Source: Lama guanicoe (taxonomy: Eukaryota). From it: a DNA stretch of 64,000 nt. Location of the stretch: assembly GCA_013239625.1 (NCBI GenBank), contig MU056000.1, positions 8,285,214 to 8,349,213 on the forward strand, read 5' to 3'. How positions within the stretch are numbered: the stretch's first letter is position 1; each line of letters opens with the position of its first letter. Shown here in pieces: positions 26,740 to 40,759 of the stretch. A program made the translations under genes and the position numbers. The notes under the pieces are model-generated. The model saw only the letters and a program-made list of their open reading frames with translations. It was not told where the DNA came from and made no database searches.

Positions 26740-28040
26740 TAATAGAAGGCCACATATTTGTAAATGGTCAATTGATTTTCAACAGAGGGTCACTTCAATT
26801 CAATGGGGAAAAGATAATGTTTTCAACAAATGGTGCTGGAACAACTGGGAGACAACATGCAAAAATGAAAAAGGAAAAATAATAAATCTCAATCCTACCA
26901 TTGTATCACACCATTAAAAATTAATTAAATGAACCATAGAGTTATATATGAAACCTAAAACTATAAAACTTGTACAGAAAAATATGGGAAAAATTTTGTG
27001 ACTAAGGGTTAGACAAAGATTTCTTTACAATGACATATACAAATGAACTACACAATAAAATATGCATATATTGGAATTCATCAAAAGTACAAGCTTTTGC
27101 TCTTCAAAAGACTTTGTTAAAAAATGAAAAGGGGAATCACAGAATGAAAAAACGTATTTGCAAGACACGGATCTAATACAGGACTTGTCTCTAGGATATA
27201 TGAAGAACTCTTATGACAATCATAATAACACAAACAACTCAGTTTATAAGATGAGCAAGTGATTTGGCTGAGCATTTCAAAAAAAATAAGATATATGGAT
27301 GATAAATGTATTTACGAAAAGATTAAAAAATATTTAATCTTTGGAGAAATGCAAATTAAAATCACAATGAGATACTAAAACAATCCTCTAGATTTGCTAA
27401 ACTGTAAAAGACTGATATATTAAGTGTAGAAGGAGAGCAGTGGATGCTCCCAAGTTACCAGGGGGAGAGCAAAAGTGGACAGCCACTTGGAAACAGTTTG
27501 GTGGTTCCCTAAAACAAACAACAAACAAACAAACAAACATACTTAACGTATGACTCAGCAGTTCAACCTCTACGTATCTGCCCAAGACAGCGGAAACATG
27601 TCCACACTAAGACCTGTTCTTGGATGTTCATACAGCTTTATTCACAATCACAAAAAAATGGAAAGAACTGGTGATTGGATAAACAAATACAAAAGGAAAA
27701 CTGGTGGGAAAAAAAGGGAACATATCATTGATACACTCAATTGTATGGATGAATCTCAAAAGTATCATGCTAACTAAAAGAAATCATACACGGAAGACTA
27801 AATACTCTGGGTCTATTTTCATGAAAAGACACAACTACAGTGACAGAAGACAGATCAAAGGGTGCCAGGGGTAAGGGGGTGGTGGGAAGGGGCACAGGGA
27901 ACTTTTCAGGGTGATGAGAAGGTTTCCTGTCATGACTGTGGTGGTGGTTACATGACTGAATACAGCTGCCAAAGCTCCTCAAATTAGATCCTTAAGATAG
28001 TTCGCTTTTATGATTTGTTAATTATACTTCAATAAATCCA
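26740..28040 (+). mobile_element. Old LINE-1 (L1M-type) 3' portion
   Basis: 'caatggggaaaagataatgttttcaacaaatggtgctggaacaactgg' (QWGKDSLFNKWCWNNW-like) through to the 3' end 'attatacttcaataaa'. Confidence 0.9.
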
Positions 28041-28711
28041 ACAAAACATTTAACAGCATAGATGTTTGCAACCGAGTTTAGAGTCTAGATATAGGTTTAA
28101 TTTTTTGGATACTAATTTGGACACAGAATTAATTTTTTCCACCTTAAAATTACAAGAATATTATTTTTACCCCAAATATATATTCCAGAGGAATGCAGCT
28201 GAATACAATTCTAAGTAAAATGCTATCATTTGAGTGAACATAAGCATGATCATCTATCCTCTCCCAGAATGCATGTTTCCCTTGTGACCATCCTCTAGCC
28301 AGTCAGCTACTGCCAAAGAAAGGAAGGCAACGTGGAAGTTAATGCAGCTTCTTTCAGCAATATAAAATACAAGGGGAAAAATATTAGGAAGATGAGGAAT
28401 CAGGTTCCTTAAAGTAATGAGGCTCAGATTTATGGTCCAGCAGTAGCACAGGAGAGATGGGTATGAGTACACTGACCACCTGAAAATCAGTTAGACTCAC
28501 CCCAATGCAGGGTGAAGGTCAGCAGCAAGGTCCCAGGCCAGGGCATGAAAGGTGGTTTCTGTGATGATGTGGGATGAGGAGGACCAACAGTGAGGATGTT
28601 GCAAAGACTGATGAGATAACCTCAGGGATGAGCTCTAAAAAAAAACTACAACAAGAACTTACTAGTCTCTTCAGTTAATATCAACTAATTGCATTGGTGT
28701 CCATCCCTCTT

Positions 28712-29481
28712 TAATTTTTCCAATTTTTTTAAAATTGAAGTATAGTCAGTTTACAATGCTGTGCCAATTTCTGGTGTACAACATAATGTTTCAGTCACAC
28801 ATATACTTGAATACATATATTCATTTTCATATTCCTTTTCACTACAGGTTACTACAAGATATTGAACATAGTTGCCTGTGCTATACAGTATAAACTTGTG
28901 TTTATCTATTTTATATATAGTAGTTGGTATCTGCAATCTTGAGCTCCTAATTTATCCCTCCCACCTCCTCTCCCGCTGATAACCATAAGTTTGTTTCCTA
29001 CAACTGTGAGTCTGTTTCTGTTTTGTAGATAAGTTCATCGCTGTCTTCTTTTTTCTTTTTTTAGATTGATGAGATATTATATGGTATTTTTCTTTCTCTT
29101 CCTGACTTACTTCACTTAGGATGATGATCTCCAGATCCATCCATATTGCTGCAAATGGCATTATTTTATTCTTTTTCATGGCTGACTAGGGTTCCATTGT
29201 ATAAATATACCACAACTTCTTTATCCAATCATCTGTCGATGGACATTTAGGTTATTTCTATGTCTTGGCTATTGTAAATAGTGCTGCTATGAACATTGGG
29301 GTGCACGTGTCTTTTTGAATTGGAGTTCCCTCCAGATGTATGCCCAGGAGTGGGATTGCTGGATCATATGGTAAGTCTATTTTTAGTTTTTTCCATACTG
29401 TTTTCCACAATGGCTGCACCAAACAACATTCCCATCAACTGTGTAGGAGGGTTCCTTTTCTCCACACCCTCTCAGCGTTTA
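28712..29481 (-). mobile_element. Young 5'-truncated LINE-1 with TSD
   Basis: Minus-strand KKNKIMPFAAIWMDLEIIILSEVSQ; TSD ggtgtccatccctctt (28696-28711) and ggtgtccatctctt (29482-29495). Confidence 0.95.
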
Positions 29482-30854
29482 GGTGTCCATCTCTTGGCTG
29501 GTCTGCTCAAAGACTTGGCATCTCCAGTTTTCTACCGTTAGAGTTCAAGGTCTTGCCCACGACATCATGAAGGAAGAACTGTCTTCATCTTTGCCGGGGA
29601 GGTTTAGTCTGTCTGTCTCCAACTCTCTTCACTTGAGGAAGCTTCCACTGCAGCAAGCAACCAATCAGCCCAAGAAACTTGTGAAATAAGATAAACTGAT
29701 TCTATCTGAGGATGTTTGCGACCAGCCCACTGTGCTGCAAACGTTATTGGAATCAGATTCAAAATCCTAGTTATGGTACAAAAGTACTGAGCATTCAAAA
29801 AGGATCTCACAAGTGTCTAATCATGAATCATAAGTAGACCTTAGACCAGTCATGACACACCCCCTCCCACCACCTACACCTCAGACCCGTGCTACAAACA
29901 ACCAGGGGCTTATGGTCATTGGCACATATCAAGAAGTGAGAACAAATACGAGTGTAAAGCCAAAATCTAGTAGCACAGAACAAGGTGAAGGCAAATAACA
30001 TGCAGACAAATACCATATATATATATATTTTTTTAACTTTAATATTCTACTGACCAATATAGAATGGTATTATCAGCCTCTTTAAAAGACTGAATACAAA
30101 ATGATATCAGAAACCTAACATGAAATAAACCTTGACACCATAATGCAAATGAAACCCAACTACAATCTAAAACACATTGGTTATGGGGTTGTTCTACTGC
30201 CAATGCAGCAAAAGGACACTTTTCTTCCACCCAAGTCTTTTGTTACGTGTTGATACCAACTTGCCTGCCTTCCCCCAAACATTCAGTGCTGTTTATCTCT
30301 TATTCCGCATGATTGCATATTTCAGGCTGACTGCTTGTTGCAGCCTCCTGATTATCGCATCTAAAGGTTTTAATTGCATTGTCTTTAAAAGTGAACACTA
30401 TAGCATGTGTGATATTTAGTAATTAGGTAAAAACTAAAATATCAGCTTACAGGTAAGCCATTTACATAATTCATTGAGATTACATAAAACACTATCATAT
30501 TAGGAATGTACACATTGCTAATTACAAAATGACATTCCATCAACCACCAGAAATTGAAGAGTCAGGGTATTTAAGACACTTAACATGTTGTTATGTGGTT
30601 GGGTCTTGGAACATGGTTGCGGTTTTGCTAGACACTCTGACTTTGTCTCTGGTGGCGCTGCCACTTTAGAGTTACCATTGTCTCTTTAGGGTAGCAAAGC
30701 AGCCAGATGAGCACGACCTCAGATACAGGAAGTGCTGACATTGCATGTCACCCACAAAAATACACTGGCTTGTGCTGTTTATAAAATGAAATATTTGCTC
30801 TGGACTATGCATTAAGCTTTACATGCAAATAGAAAAGTAAAAGCATGGTTAAGT

Positions 30855-30900
30855 TTCTCTCTCTCTCTCTTTCTCTCACATACACACACACAAACAACAC
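30855..30900. repeat. (CT)n(CA)n compound microsatellite
   Basis: Read directly from the sequence. Confidence 0.9.
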
Positions 30901-31829
30901 CCATTGGTGTTTTTATCTAAAAGTCATGCAAAATTGTTCTTCTCCTTATTAGGTATGCTGGAAGATCTTTCACTATTTCTGTTAAGCCAGGAACCTGTTT
31001 TATCCATTTTTAGCTGCCAGACAGAGGATAGATGGTGAATAAAATGTGCATTAATTTGCAGAGGTGTTTGGAAAGCATTTGAAAAATTACTGGTGATCAC
31101 CAGGCTCCAGAATTGGGTCATGAAGAGCAAGTCCCATAATGCAGCTCTTTTGTCTTTTTGATGGATGTATTAGCATTGGAAGAACTAGGGAATTCTGGGA
31201 AGACGGTGCTTCTGGACTTAGGCAGCTGAGAAGTCTGTTCATTGTTTCCTGGAGTGCCCATCTCACTCTCATCATTTCTGATCATTCTTCAAGACCTGTC
31301 CAGACGCCGCCAACTCTGCAAAGTAGACCCTCGCTAACCTAGGTAGAGTCCCCCGCAGCGGTTCAGTCGTTCCTGAGAACAGGTGTTCTCCATCGTGTCG
31401 TCTTATCAGGTGTGCGCCTGAGTGCTTTTCATAGTTTGTTTTAACACCAGCCTCCTCTACTAGAACGTGATCCATAATAGAAGGTTTGGCCCACATTAAG
31501 GTATCAAAAGATATTTGTAGACAGCTGTAGCTGAATTCTCTATACAACATTTTTTTTAGTTTACTATGGTCACAGTAGATATAGGCTGATACTTAACACC
31601 AACATGGAAATGATATCTACTATTTCAAATGACAGGGTGTTACCTTACAGCATCCAACTGACTTTCTTATTAACTTGTGACTTGGCTCAGGATAGCAATT
31701 AAATTCTAAAAGATGAAATTTAATCAGGATAAATGAAAAAGTTTCAGGGTAAAATATTTTACGGTCCAGGATCAAGATACTGAAGCTTAATATCATAACA
31801 TGCATAGAAGACTACAAATTAGTGGGAAA

Positions 31830-32068
31830 TAGTCATTGAGCACTTTTTCTATGTTAGTTTAAGAGCTAAGCATTTTACAAGCATCACTTAGCTTGATCTT
31901 CGTAACACTAAAGTAGTAGTATTAGAATCTGAAAGTAAATGTTGAGGCAGTGAAACTGGGAGGGCTTAAGGAACCCACCCATCGTCACACAATGTGTGAC
32001 ACAACGTGAAGTGGGATCCTTGGCTCTCCAGGTCCAAAGCCCACATTCTTGATCAACATGCTGTACTA
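31830..32068 (-). mobile_element. MIR SINE
   Basis: 'cattgagcactttttctatg...gctaagcattttacaagcatc...gtcacaca...ccaaagcccacattctt'. Confidence 0.65.
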
Positions 32069-33312
32069 ATTCTCAAAGAAGTCTAGGTGTGACATGACCT
32101 CTAAAAATATTATAACTTTATGCTATGCTAATAGACAGACTAAAAAGAGTGATTGTTCTTCACTACTTTTTGTACATTATAGAATTATGGTTATCCAAGT
32201 TACAGTGTCTCTGTGATGGTAAAGTATCTAAAAAAAAAAAATGGTTACAACTTTAGAGAAAACTTGGAAGGACATGACCGCCATCTTGAAAGAGCTGGAG
32301 CTCTGGCCTTTGCAATGGGACTTTTTAGTTTCAGTACAACTCCAGAAGGTGGGACACGAACCAACTGGAAAAACTACTTAGCAATTACAAGTGCCCCAAA
32401 ACAGAACAGGCTGATTTATGGAATGGGAAACTCCTCTACCCAGGAGAGTATTCCTTTGGAAGGTAGACGGTGCAGGTTCAAAGGGCTGCACCTGCCCAGC
32501 AGATCTGACCACGTGACCCCAGAGTCCCCCGCCACGCTAAGTGTCTGTCATTCTATGTGCATCGATGACCCAGTCAGCAGAACAAATGGAAATGTTACAG
32601 CTAGGGTTCAAACACTAGTTTCCATGTCAGTATTTTTGAAAAATGCCTGTCAAGCATTTCTTTGAATTACTGAACAGCAGCTATACTCTCATTGCCTAAC
32701 CTAGAAAAGTTAGAAAGGAAAAAAAAAAACAACCCTATACACAAGTCAATACGCCTGAAGTCAAAAAAGATAGAGAAGATGGGACAGATCTCTCTGGTGC
32801 ACAATGGGACAGCTGTTCTCCACAGGGGGTACAAGAACTCCAGGCATGTCTTTAAAATTCTCCAGGCTGCTCATCTCCCTCAGAGTGATAATGGTACCTG
32901 TGTGGAAGTAACAGAAGTATCTCCACCTCTAAAACAGAACAGTTTGAATTTATCAGAAAGCGAAAAACAAACCCCAAAAAACAAGCAGCCTTTAAAGGAG
33001 ATCATGACAAGAACTGAGTAATAGCACTGGCTGGTTTTGCCTGTTCACAGTGTTAGCTATTTTATATTTTATTTGAAGGCACAAGCTGTTTACACCTGAA
33101 CACCTGTTTAATTTATTTTTTTAATGCAGAGTCAGTCCCCAAATCAAACAGGCTATGATATGTCATACTATCATTTCACTGTTTAAAAAGAGACTAAATT
33201 AATTGAAAGTTAAAATATTTTAGTTTTTATAGAAGAAAATGTAGAATGTATCTGCATATTTTCCCCTCCGTTAAACTCTTATTGTTGGTCTATGAAAGGT
33301 CACTGGTTTTTT

Positions 33313-33350
33313 TGTGTGTGTGTGTTTGTGTGCGTGTGTGTGTGTCTGTG
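33313..33350. repeat. (TG)n microsatellite
   Basis: Read directly from the sequence. Confidence 0.9.
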
Positions 33351-33399
33351 CCCTGGTCATCCTCCTCTTCATCTTCCCTGCTTGATTCAACCCCCATTC

Positions 33400-34520
33400 C
33401 CTCACAGTGACTCACCCAAGTGTAATTAATCTACATTCTTCTAATTCATTCTCCATATGGTTATCTACTTCTATGTGTATCTTTGAAAAAGATATATTAT
33501 GTCTTTTAATTCTGTTTCCTCTTTTTTCACCTAACATTATGCTTCTAAGTCCAAAGAGACTTAACTCATTTCTTGGCGTCCATGCAGAGTTCTCCATGCA
33601 GTGCTTTCCTGTTCCTTGAGGCATCTCTCTTGCTCTTTGCTACCCAACGATGCTGTGATGCCTGTTATGCGTGGCTCCTTGTACGCTAGGATAATGTTCC
33701 TGGTAATATCTGCCCGAGGGGACAGCAGAACACTGGGTAACACACAGAACGAATTTCATCCAGCTCAGTCCCACTGGCTTCTGGAGGGGCTGAGCAGCAC
33801 ATCCCATCCAGGACTGCAGGTGGGATTCTGTTTTCCCTATTCTTGACAGCAGTTGATATCATCTGCATTTTTCCAAACTGACTGGTATAAAGAGACAATG
33901 TTTTAAAATTTTTAAATCGCACGCACAAATTACTAAGAAGAGTTTCTCGTTTCTACTTCAGCAACTTGTTCAGTTAAATGCTTTGCCCATTTTTCCACAA
34001 GGATAAGCTCCTTTTAAAAATGTATTTACATTGTTTCCCTATATATAGTAGGTATTAATTCTCTTCTAGCAAAGCTACCTGCCTTCTCTCAGTCTCTCAG
34101 ATATAAGAGATTTCATACCTCTCTTAAATTATTTCTCCACATTCTTCTTCACTGAATAGAAATACTAATTCTGATACAGTCATAGGATGTCAAGTCTTTT
34201 CCCTTATGATTTTTGCTTTTCAGAAAAAGAAAAACTTGTTCAAGAAAGCTTTTCCTATCCTGATGTCATTAAGATACTCTCCACATTTTATTCTGCACGT
34301 TACAGGATTATCTGTCACATTTAGGTCTTAAAACGTCAGAGCTTTTATACTCCCTTCCCATTGTCAGAGAAGTTTCCCTGAAGTTATATTACTTTTATCA
34401 TATATCAAAATCGCATATATTAAGGGGATCCTTTCTGGACGCTTCTGCAGCAGTGATCTGTTTTTTCTCTTCCTAACATGCAGACATGGATTTTATTACT
34501 ATGAAATTGTTCTCATTATA
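33400..34520 (-). mobile_element. Very old LINE-1 (L1ME-type) 3' portion
   Basis: 'tgctttgcccatttttcc', 'caagaaagcttttcctatcctgatgtcattaagatactctcc' and 'cacatttaggtctt' are reverse L1 remnants. Confidence 0.6.
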
Positions 34521-35559
34521 TGGTAAAAAAAAAAAAGCCTTAATATTTTAATATGTTGAAGATACTTAATTTTAAAACATTCCATTCTCTATTTTACAAC
34601 ATCAAATAAAAACATTTCCGTTCTTGATAATATTCAAACTAATTAAGGGACACATTGTTAAGTTATTACAAAGACATCCGCATATTTTTATCGATAAGGA
34701 CTCTGTTCACCATATTTCCTCTGAAGCATAAATGTTTATTTTTAATATAAGGGGATGTTTTATAAGGTTTGAGATTTTAAAAACTGAAATCTGATGCCAA
34801 GGCACGGTTTTCACATTTCTAAAAGAAAACGAATGGACAACATGATGCTGAAAGTCTGTTTAAGCTCTTAAAACTTTATGAGCCTATAAAAATCACCCAA
34901 AGAGAAATTTCAGTGAAGAAAGACAATTCCCATGTCTCTATTTCTGGACAATTTTCCTAGAAGGTAGGCTTTTCTCAGGCATTCACCTTCATGCTTCGTC
35001 TCAAGCCTAAGATCATATGCAGACTAGCTGAGGGTATAAAACACCCTTTGCTCCAAAGTTGGTTGATGAAAAATGAAATTGCTAAAACAACACAGAACAA
35101 TGAAATTTTCTGTTAAATTAATATCAACTAACGTTACATGCTGCTAGACTGAGGACAAGCAATTTAATAAAATAAGAGCCAAAAGACTTAGGCATACTTT
35201 ATCAAATCAAATATGTATATCTAAAATGGTACTGTCTAAATATATTCTTAGGAATCAAATTTATGCAGGGACAAAAAGATACCCTCCTGTGTCTAAACAC
35301 AATAGAGCATTTTATTGAAATATTTTCTTGTGAGATCTCAGGAAGAAAATAGTACATGACTTTTAGTGCATATTATTTTATATTATTTCAAAAATATTAC
35401 ATGTAATATAACTTATGATAATAGTGGTGACTTATAATTATGCCAGTTTTCCCTTCAGACAAAACTGAGTTTCTTCAGATATTTTAGAGGAAATTTATAG
35501 TAATTTTCAAAAAATATAAAAATTTTACTTAGGGGCATTAAAATAACTATTTCCTTACC

Positions 35560-36183
35560 ACAATGTCAAAATGAGGCAACATTACACATGCTCCAGAATA
35601 GGTGGAGTAAAGACAGATAATAACAAATGTTGTCTAGGATGTGGAAAAACCGTAACGTTCATATATTGCTGGTGGGATAGTAACTTTGAAAACAACTTGG
35701 CAGTTTCTTTAAAGTTAAACATAAACTCATCATACTCAGAAATTATACTCCTAAGAAGATATTCATGAAAAATGAAAACTTATGTCCATATGAAGAAATG
35801 CTTGCAAATGTTTATAGAAGCATTATTCATAACCTACCCACACTGAAAACAATACCAATGTTTGTCAACTGAGAAATGGGTAAACAAAAGGTGGAATGTC
35901 TATACAATGGAATACTATTCAGCAAGTAAAAAGAACGAACTACTGATACATGCTAAAATATGCATGACTCTCAAAACCATTATGAAAAATGAAAGAAGCC
36001 AGAAGCAAAAGATTACATACTTATGCTGTCATTTTAATGAAATATTTAGAAAAGGCAAAGCTATGCAGTCAGAAAGTAAGTTAATAGTTGCCTGAAGCTG
36101 AGGTTGAGAATGGTGATTAACTGAAAAACAGAAATGAGGGAATACTTTAGGGTAATGGAGATTTGAAAACTGGATTGTGGTAG
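35560..36183 (+). mobile_element. Old LINE-1 (L1M-type) 3' end, cut by an LTR insertion
   Basis: 'tatattgctggtgggat', 'tatacaatggaatactattcagca' (YTMEYYSA) and 3' UTR 'aaaactggattgtggtag'. Confidence 0.85.
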
Positions 36184-36844
36184 TGTTACTAGACTCCAGC
36201 TTGGATGCTCATTGCTCAAAAGCCAATACTTGAGAGATAAGTGTTAGTAAAAAGGAAAGGTTGCTTTATTCCAGAGAAAGACAACCAGGGGAGAAGGTGG
36301 ACTCATGTACAAAGGCCAACTCTCCAATGCCAGTCAGGGGGAAAGAGCTTTTAAAGGGGAGTTTCAGGGGTGTATAGGAGGAGGGAAAGGACTAGATGCA
36401 GAACAGCACAGACAGCTTTAAGAATCATCTTGAAATTAGTAATATGGTGGTCCAATCAGTGTCATCTTGATTGTTTTAAGTACAGTTAGGGTTGTTTTTT
36501 TCCCGTATCTTTGAGACCCGTTCTTGGAATTGTGGCAGCCTATGTCATGACTGCAGTCTGGTCATCATGTAGTTAACTTTTCTACCTAGTGGGGGTTTCA
36601 GTATCTACAAAATAGCTCAAAGGATACGGCTCAGAATGTCATCTATAGCCCTGGCAGGAGAACTAAAGGTCCTTAACTTTGTCTAATGACTAGACTATTA
36701 TTATTTGGTCCTGTTTGACTGCTTTCCTTTTGCTTCTGCACTTCCTCACTTCTCTGATTAAATTTATTCTTTGACTAAAGTTTTTCTCCAGACAAAATAT
36801 AGGCTGAAGATGAGGAGGGCCGCAGAGGGTCCTGCTCCATTTCA
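36184..36844 (-). mobile_element. ERV1-type solo LTR, about 660 bp
   Basis: Minus strand starts TGAAATGGAGCAGGACCC and ends AGTAACA; AATAAA at 36265-36270 (minus); near-perfect 4-bp TSD gtag/gcag. Confidence 0.85.
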
Positions 36845-36849
36845 GCAGG

Positions 36850-39800
36850 GAAGCACTTCCAAGAATAAAGGTGTGACAAGCATCAGGGACCCTTTCCCCA
36901 ATGAAACAAACATAACTGCTCATATTGACTTTTAAAAAAAGCAACAACCATTTAAAGTCTCTGGAAATTATTTTAAGGGCGTACAACAAATGGAGAACTT
37001 TTTACTCAAGATAATCAACTAAATCTTGGTAAGAAGAGAGTCTGTGGCATTTGAACCATAGCACACTCCCCTCCTTGCTGGGAAATGGGATGAGAGCCCT
37101 ACTCTGAGTGGCTGGAACAAGAAGGCAGGGTTCCCTCTCTCACCACCCCCAGGTCTAGGCCTGTAGTTTCTTCTCAGGAAGGGCAATCTCCCAGCACTAC
37201 GTCTCCCCTGCAGCCCCATCTTGCAGAAGCTCTATTTCAGGCCACATGGCTGTGAGGTCTAGAGCAGTCATCTCTCCCCCAGCCCAATTTATACAGAGGA
37301 AGCTCTGTCTCAGCTGCAGCAAGCTGACAATGCTTGGCTCTAACTGGTCTTCCCCTAGCTTGCTTGTAAGGAGATGGTTCCATGCCCAGAGAGGCAAGCT
37401 GAGAAGACCAGGAACTACCATCCCAGCTCAGTACCCTGCTCACAGAGCGGGAGTGTTGCCCCCCCAGAAGTGAGCCATGTTCTGGCCCCCACCTCCAGAG
37501 CAGTGGTGCAGATGCTCTGCACAAAGGGGGCAGCAAGGTATAAGGACAGAGAGCTCCAGTCCTCTCCCTAATGTAACTGACTGAATTTGAAATGGAGCAG
37601 AGGGAATTTCAAGACTAAGGATTTACTGAAAACAAGGAAGATCTTAATGGCAAGCAATTAAGAGAAGGCTGGCAGCTGCATGCATGCAAGCAATTAATGA
37701 CATGGCAGACCAGCTAGAAGTTTACCAACAGAGAATCCAGGAAAGAGACAACTATGAAGACAGGTCCAGGGGTTGCAGTAAATCTCAAAGATTCAGGAGA
37801 TCAAAGAATGAGACAGTGAAAGAGAGCCTGGCTAAACCAAAGTCAACCATGTAGTGAGGGAGGGCATGGAGTGAGCCTGTGGATATGCCTAAGGATGGAC
37901 CCTTTGGGGAACATCATCAGGTACTGACCAGGGAAAACAGACCCCATGGAACCAGTCCAGCCAGGTTACTGAAAAATAAATGAGCAAACAGAACAACAAG
38001 CCCAGGCATGTGTGCTGGAGAAGGGATCAGTATTTAGAATTTCGGCTATATATTATCTGTACTTTCTAAAATGTCATGGTTTCAACCAAAAAGTTAAGAG
38101 ACATACAAAGAAATGGGAAAGCATGACCCATAAAAAGGACAAAAAAAAAAATACTCAGACATTAGAAAGTGCTGTTGAAGGGGCCCAGACAGTAGGCTTA
38201 GCAGACAAAGATTTCAAAGCAGTTATTATAAATATGTCCAGAGAACTAAAGAAAATCATGTCTAAAGAATAAAAGGAATGTGTGAACAATGACTAATCAA
38301 ACACAGAATATCAATAGATAGAAATTATCAAAGCGAACCAAGTAGAAATTCTGGAGTCGAAAAGTACAATAACTAAAATGAAAAATTCACTAGAGAGGAT
38401 CCACGGTAGGTCTTAGTTGGCAACCGAAAAATGCAGTAAACTTGAAGATGGAACAATAGAAATTATGCAGCCTGAAAGTCTGAGAAGAAAGGAAGAAAAC
38501 TGAACAGAGCCTCAGGGGAAGGTGGAACACCATTATGATTTCACTATACATATAAAAGTGTAAAAGGAGTACCAGAAGGATAAGAGAGAGAGAAAGAGAC
38601 AGAAGAAAAAAATCAAATAAATAATGATGGTAAACTTCTCCAATTCAATAGAAAACATTCATCTACACATCCAGGAAGCTTGATAAACTTCAAGTAGGAT
38701 AAACACAGAGAGATTCACACCCAGACACACCATAGTTAAAATGCTGAAAAGACAATAAGAAATCTTGAAAGCAGATAAAGAAAAATGACTCCTTATTCAC
38801 AAGAGAACACAAGTAACATGAACAGTTGATTTCTCCCCTGGAACAGTGAAGGCAAGAAATCGGTGGGATGAAATAGTCAAAGTACTGACAGAAAAATAAA
38901 CTGTCAGCCAAGAATCTTATATTCAACAAAACCATCTTTCTAAAGTAAAGGTGAAATAAATATATTCTTAAATAAACAAAAACCAAGGGATTTGTTGCTA
39001 GCACACACATCTTACAGGAAGCACTAAGGAAACGTCTTCAGGCTGCAAGTATATGACACCAGACATTAACTGAAATCAGCATGAAAAAACAAAGAGCACC
39101 ATTCAAGGTAGTTTGGACTCACAAAAGACAGGGTACATGTTTATTTCTTCCCCTTTCATCTCTTACCTAATTTTAAAAGCAACTGAATAAAACAATATGT
39201 GTATACCATTGTAATATTCCTCCTATAGCACATATAAATACATTCAACAAAAATGCCACAAGAGAAGTAGATGGGAGGAAAGCATGATTGGGTTAAGAAA
39301 TTACACCAGACCATAAACAGAATCCTCAGAAACAAATGGAAAGAACCAAAAATGGTTTAAAAAAATTCTGTAAATATATTCCTGATCTCCTTTCTCCTCT
39401 CAGTTTCTTTTAAAGACACAAAGGTATACAAAGTACAACTGTAACGATACGTGTTTGGTTTTGTAATGGAACACGGATAGATGTAACACTATAACAATAA
39501 AAGCACAAAAAATAGGAAGAAGGAAATAAGCCATCGTAGGATAACTTTTCTGTAGCACCCTGGAGTTAAGTTACTATAAATCTGATAAATTAGTTTGTAT
39601 ATTGAGTCCCTAAAGCAGCCATAGTCAGCCCTCCATATCCACGGATTCCACATCAGTAGATTCAACCAACCGGGTTGAAAATATTTGGGGGAAAAATTCC
39701 AGAAAAGTTTTCCCAAAAGCAAAACTTACACTGGCTGTGCACTAGCAAATATTTACATGGCATTTACATTGTATTTACAACATTTACATCGTACTTACAT

Positions 39801-40635
39801 TGTACAAGGCAATGTAAGCAATCTAGAGATGACTTAAAGCGTACAGGAGAATACACGTAGGTTATATGCAAACCCCGTTTTACACAAGGGACTTGAGCAT
39901 TTGTGGATTTTGATATCTTGGAACCAATTCCTTGTGGGACAACTGCACTAAGAAAACAATGAACAAATGTAGTTTAAAAGCATTAGAAGGCTTAAAATAC
40001 TACACTAGAAAATATTCACTCAATTCAAGAGAAAACAAGCAGATGAATAGAGGAACCAAAAAAGATACGAGACATACAGACAACAAAAAGAACGGCAGAC
40101 ATAAATTCAACTACTGCAAACATTGACGTATATGAATTAAATCATCCAATCAAAAGCACAGACTGTCATACTGGACAACAAGAAAAAAATCCCACAAAAA
40201 CCACAACGTCTAACTGTATGCTATCCAGAGAAGACACCCTTTAGATTCAAAGAAATAAACAGATTGAAAATAAATGGATGGGAAAAGGTATACTGTGCAA
40301 ACAGGAAAAAAAAATAAGAGAGGACCTGAATGGCTATTTCAATATTAGACAAAATAAACTTCAAACAAAAAAATTTTACTGAAGATAAAGAGGGATTTTT
40401 TTTTAATAATAAAAGGGTCAATCCAACCAGAAGATGTCATACATACAATGAGACTACTGAACCCCAAAATATACAGGGAAAAAACGGATAGAATTAAAGG
40501 AAGATATGGAAAGTCAGCAGTTTTAGTTGGAGATTGAAATGTTCCCTTTACAGTAATGAATAGAAAAACTTGGCAGAAACATAGATCAGTGGGATAGAAT
40601 TGAAAGTCTAGAAGTAAACTTGCATGTATACGGTT
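36850..40635 (+). mobile_element. Old LINE-1 (L1M-type) 5' half: 5' UTR, decayed ORF1, start of ORF2 endonuclease, then an internal deletion
   Basis: ORF1-like 'gaaattctggagtcgaaaagtacaataactaaaatgaaaaattcactagag' and 'cacacccagacacaccatagttaaaatgctg'; EN-like 'aatcatccaatcaaaagcacagactg' and 'aaaagggtcaatccaaccagaag'. Confidence 0.85.
39622..39945 (+). mobile_element. MER2-type (TcMar-Tigger) non-autonomous DNA transposon nested in the L1
   Basis: 'agtcagccctccatatccacggattccacatc...gattcaaccaacc...gtaggttatatgcaaa...aagggacttgagcatttgtggattttg...gggacaactg'. Confidence 0.85.
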
Positions 40636-40759
40636 AGCACTGAAATTCTTCATAGCTCCCTTTTCTGTTGGATACGGACTTTCTTAACACATTTCAGTCT
40701 GACTCCATAACTTTTGTCGTTGTATTAGGTTATTAAAAACAATGTCCAGGGCATTGTAA

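Noticed and set aside
32213..33021. Longest ORF in the window (150 aa) and the adjacent 109-aa ORF
   Set aside because: Non-ATG first codons, A-runs, no recognisable domain or splice structure; consistent with chance ORFs
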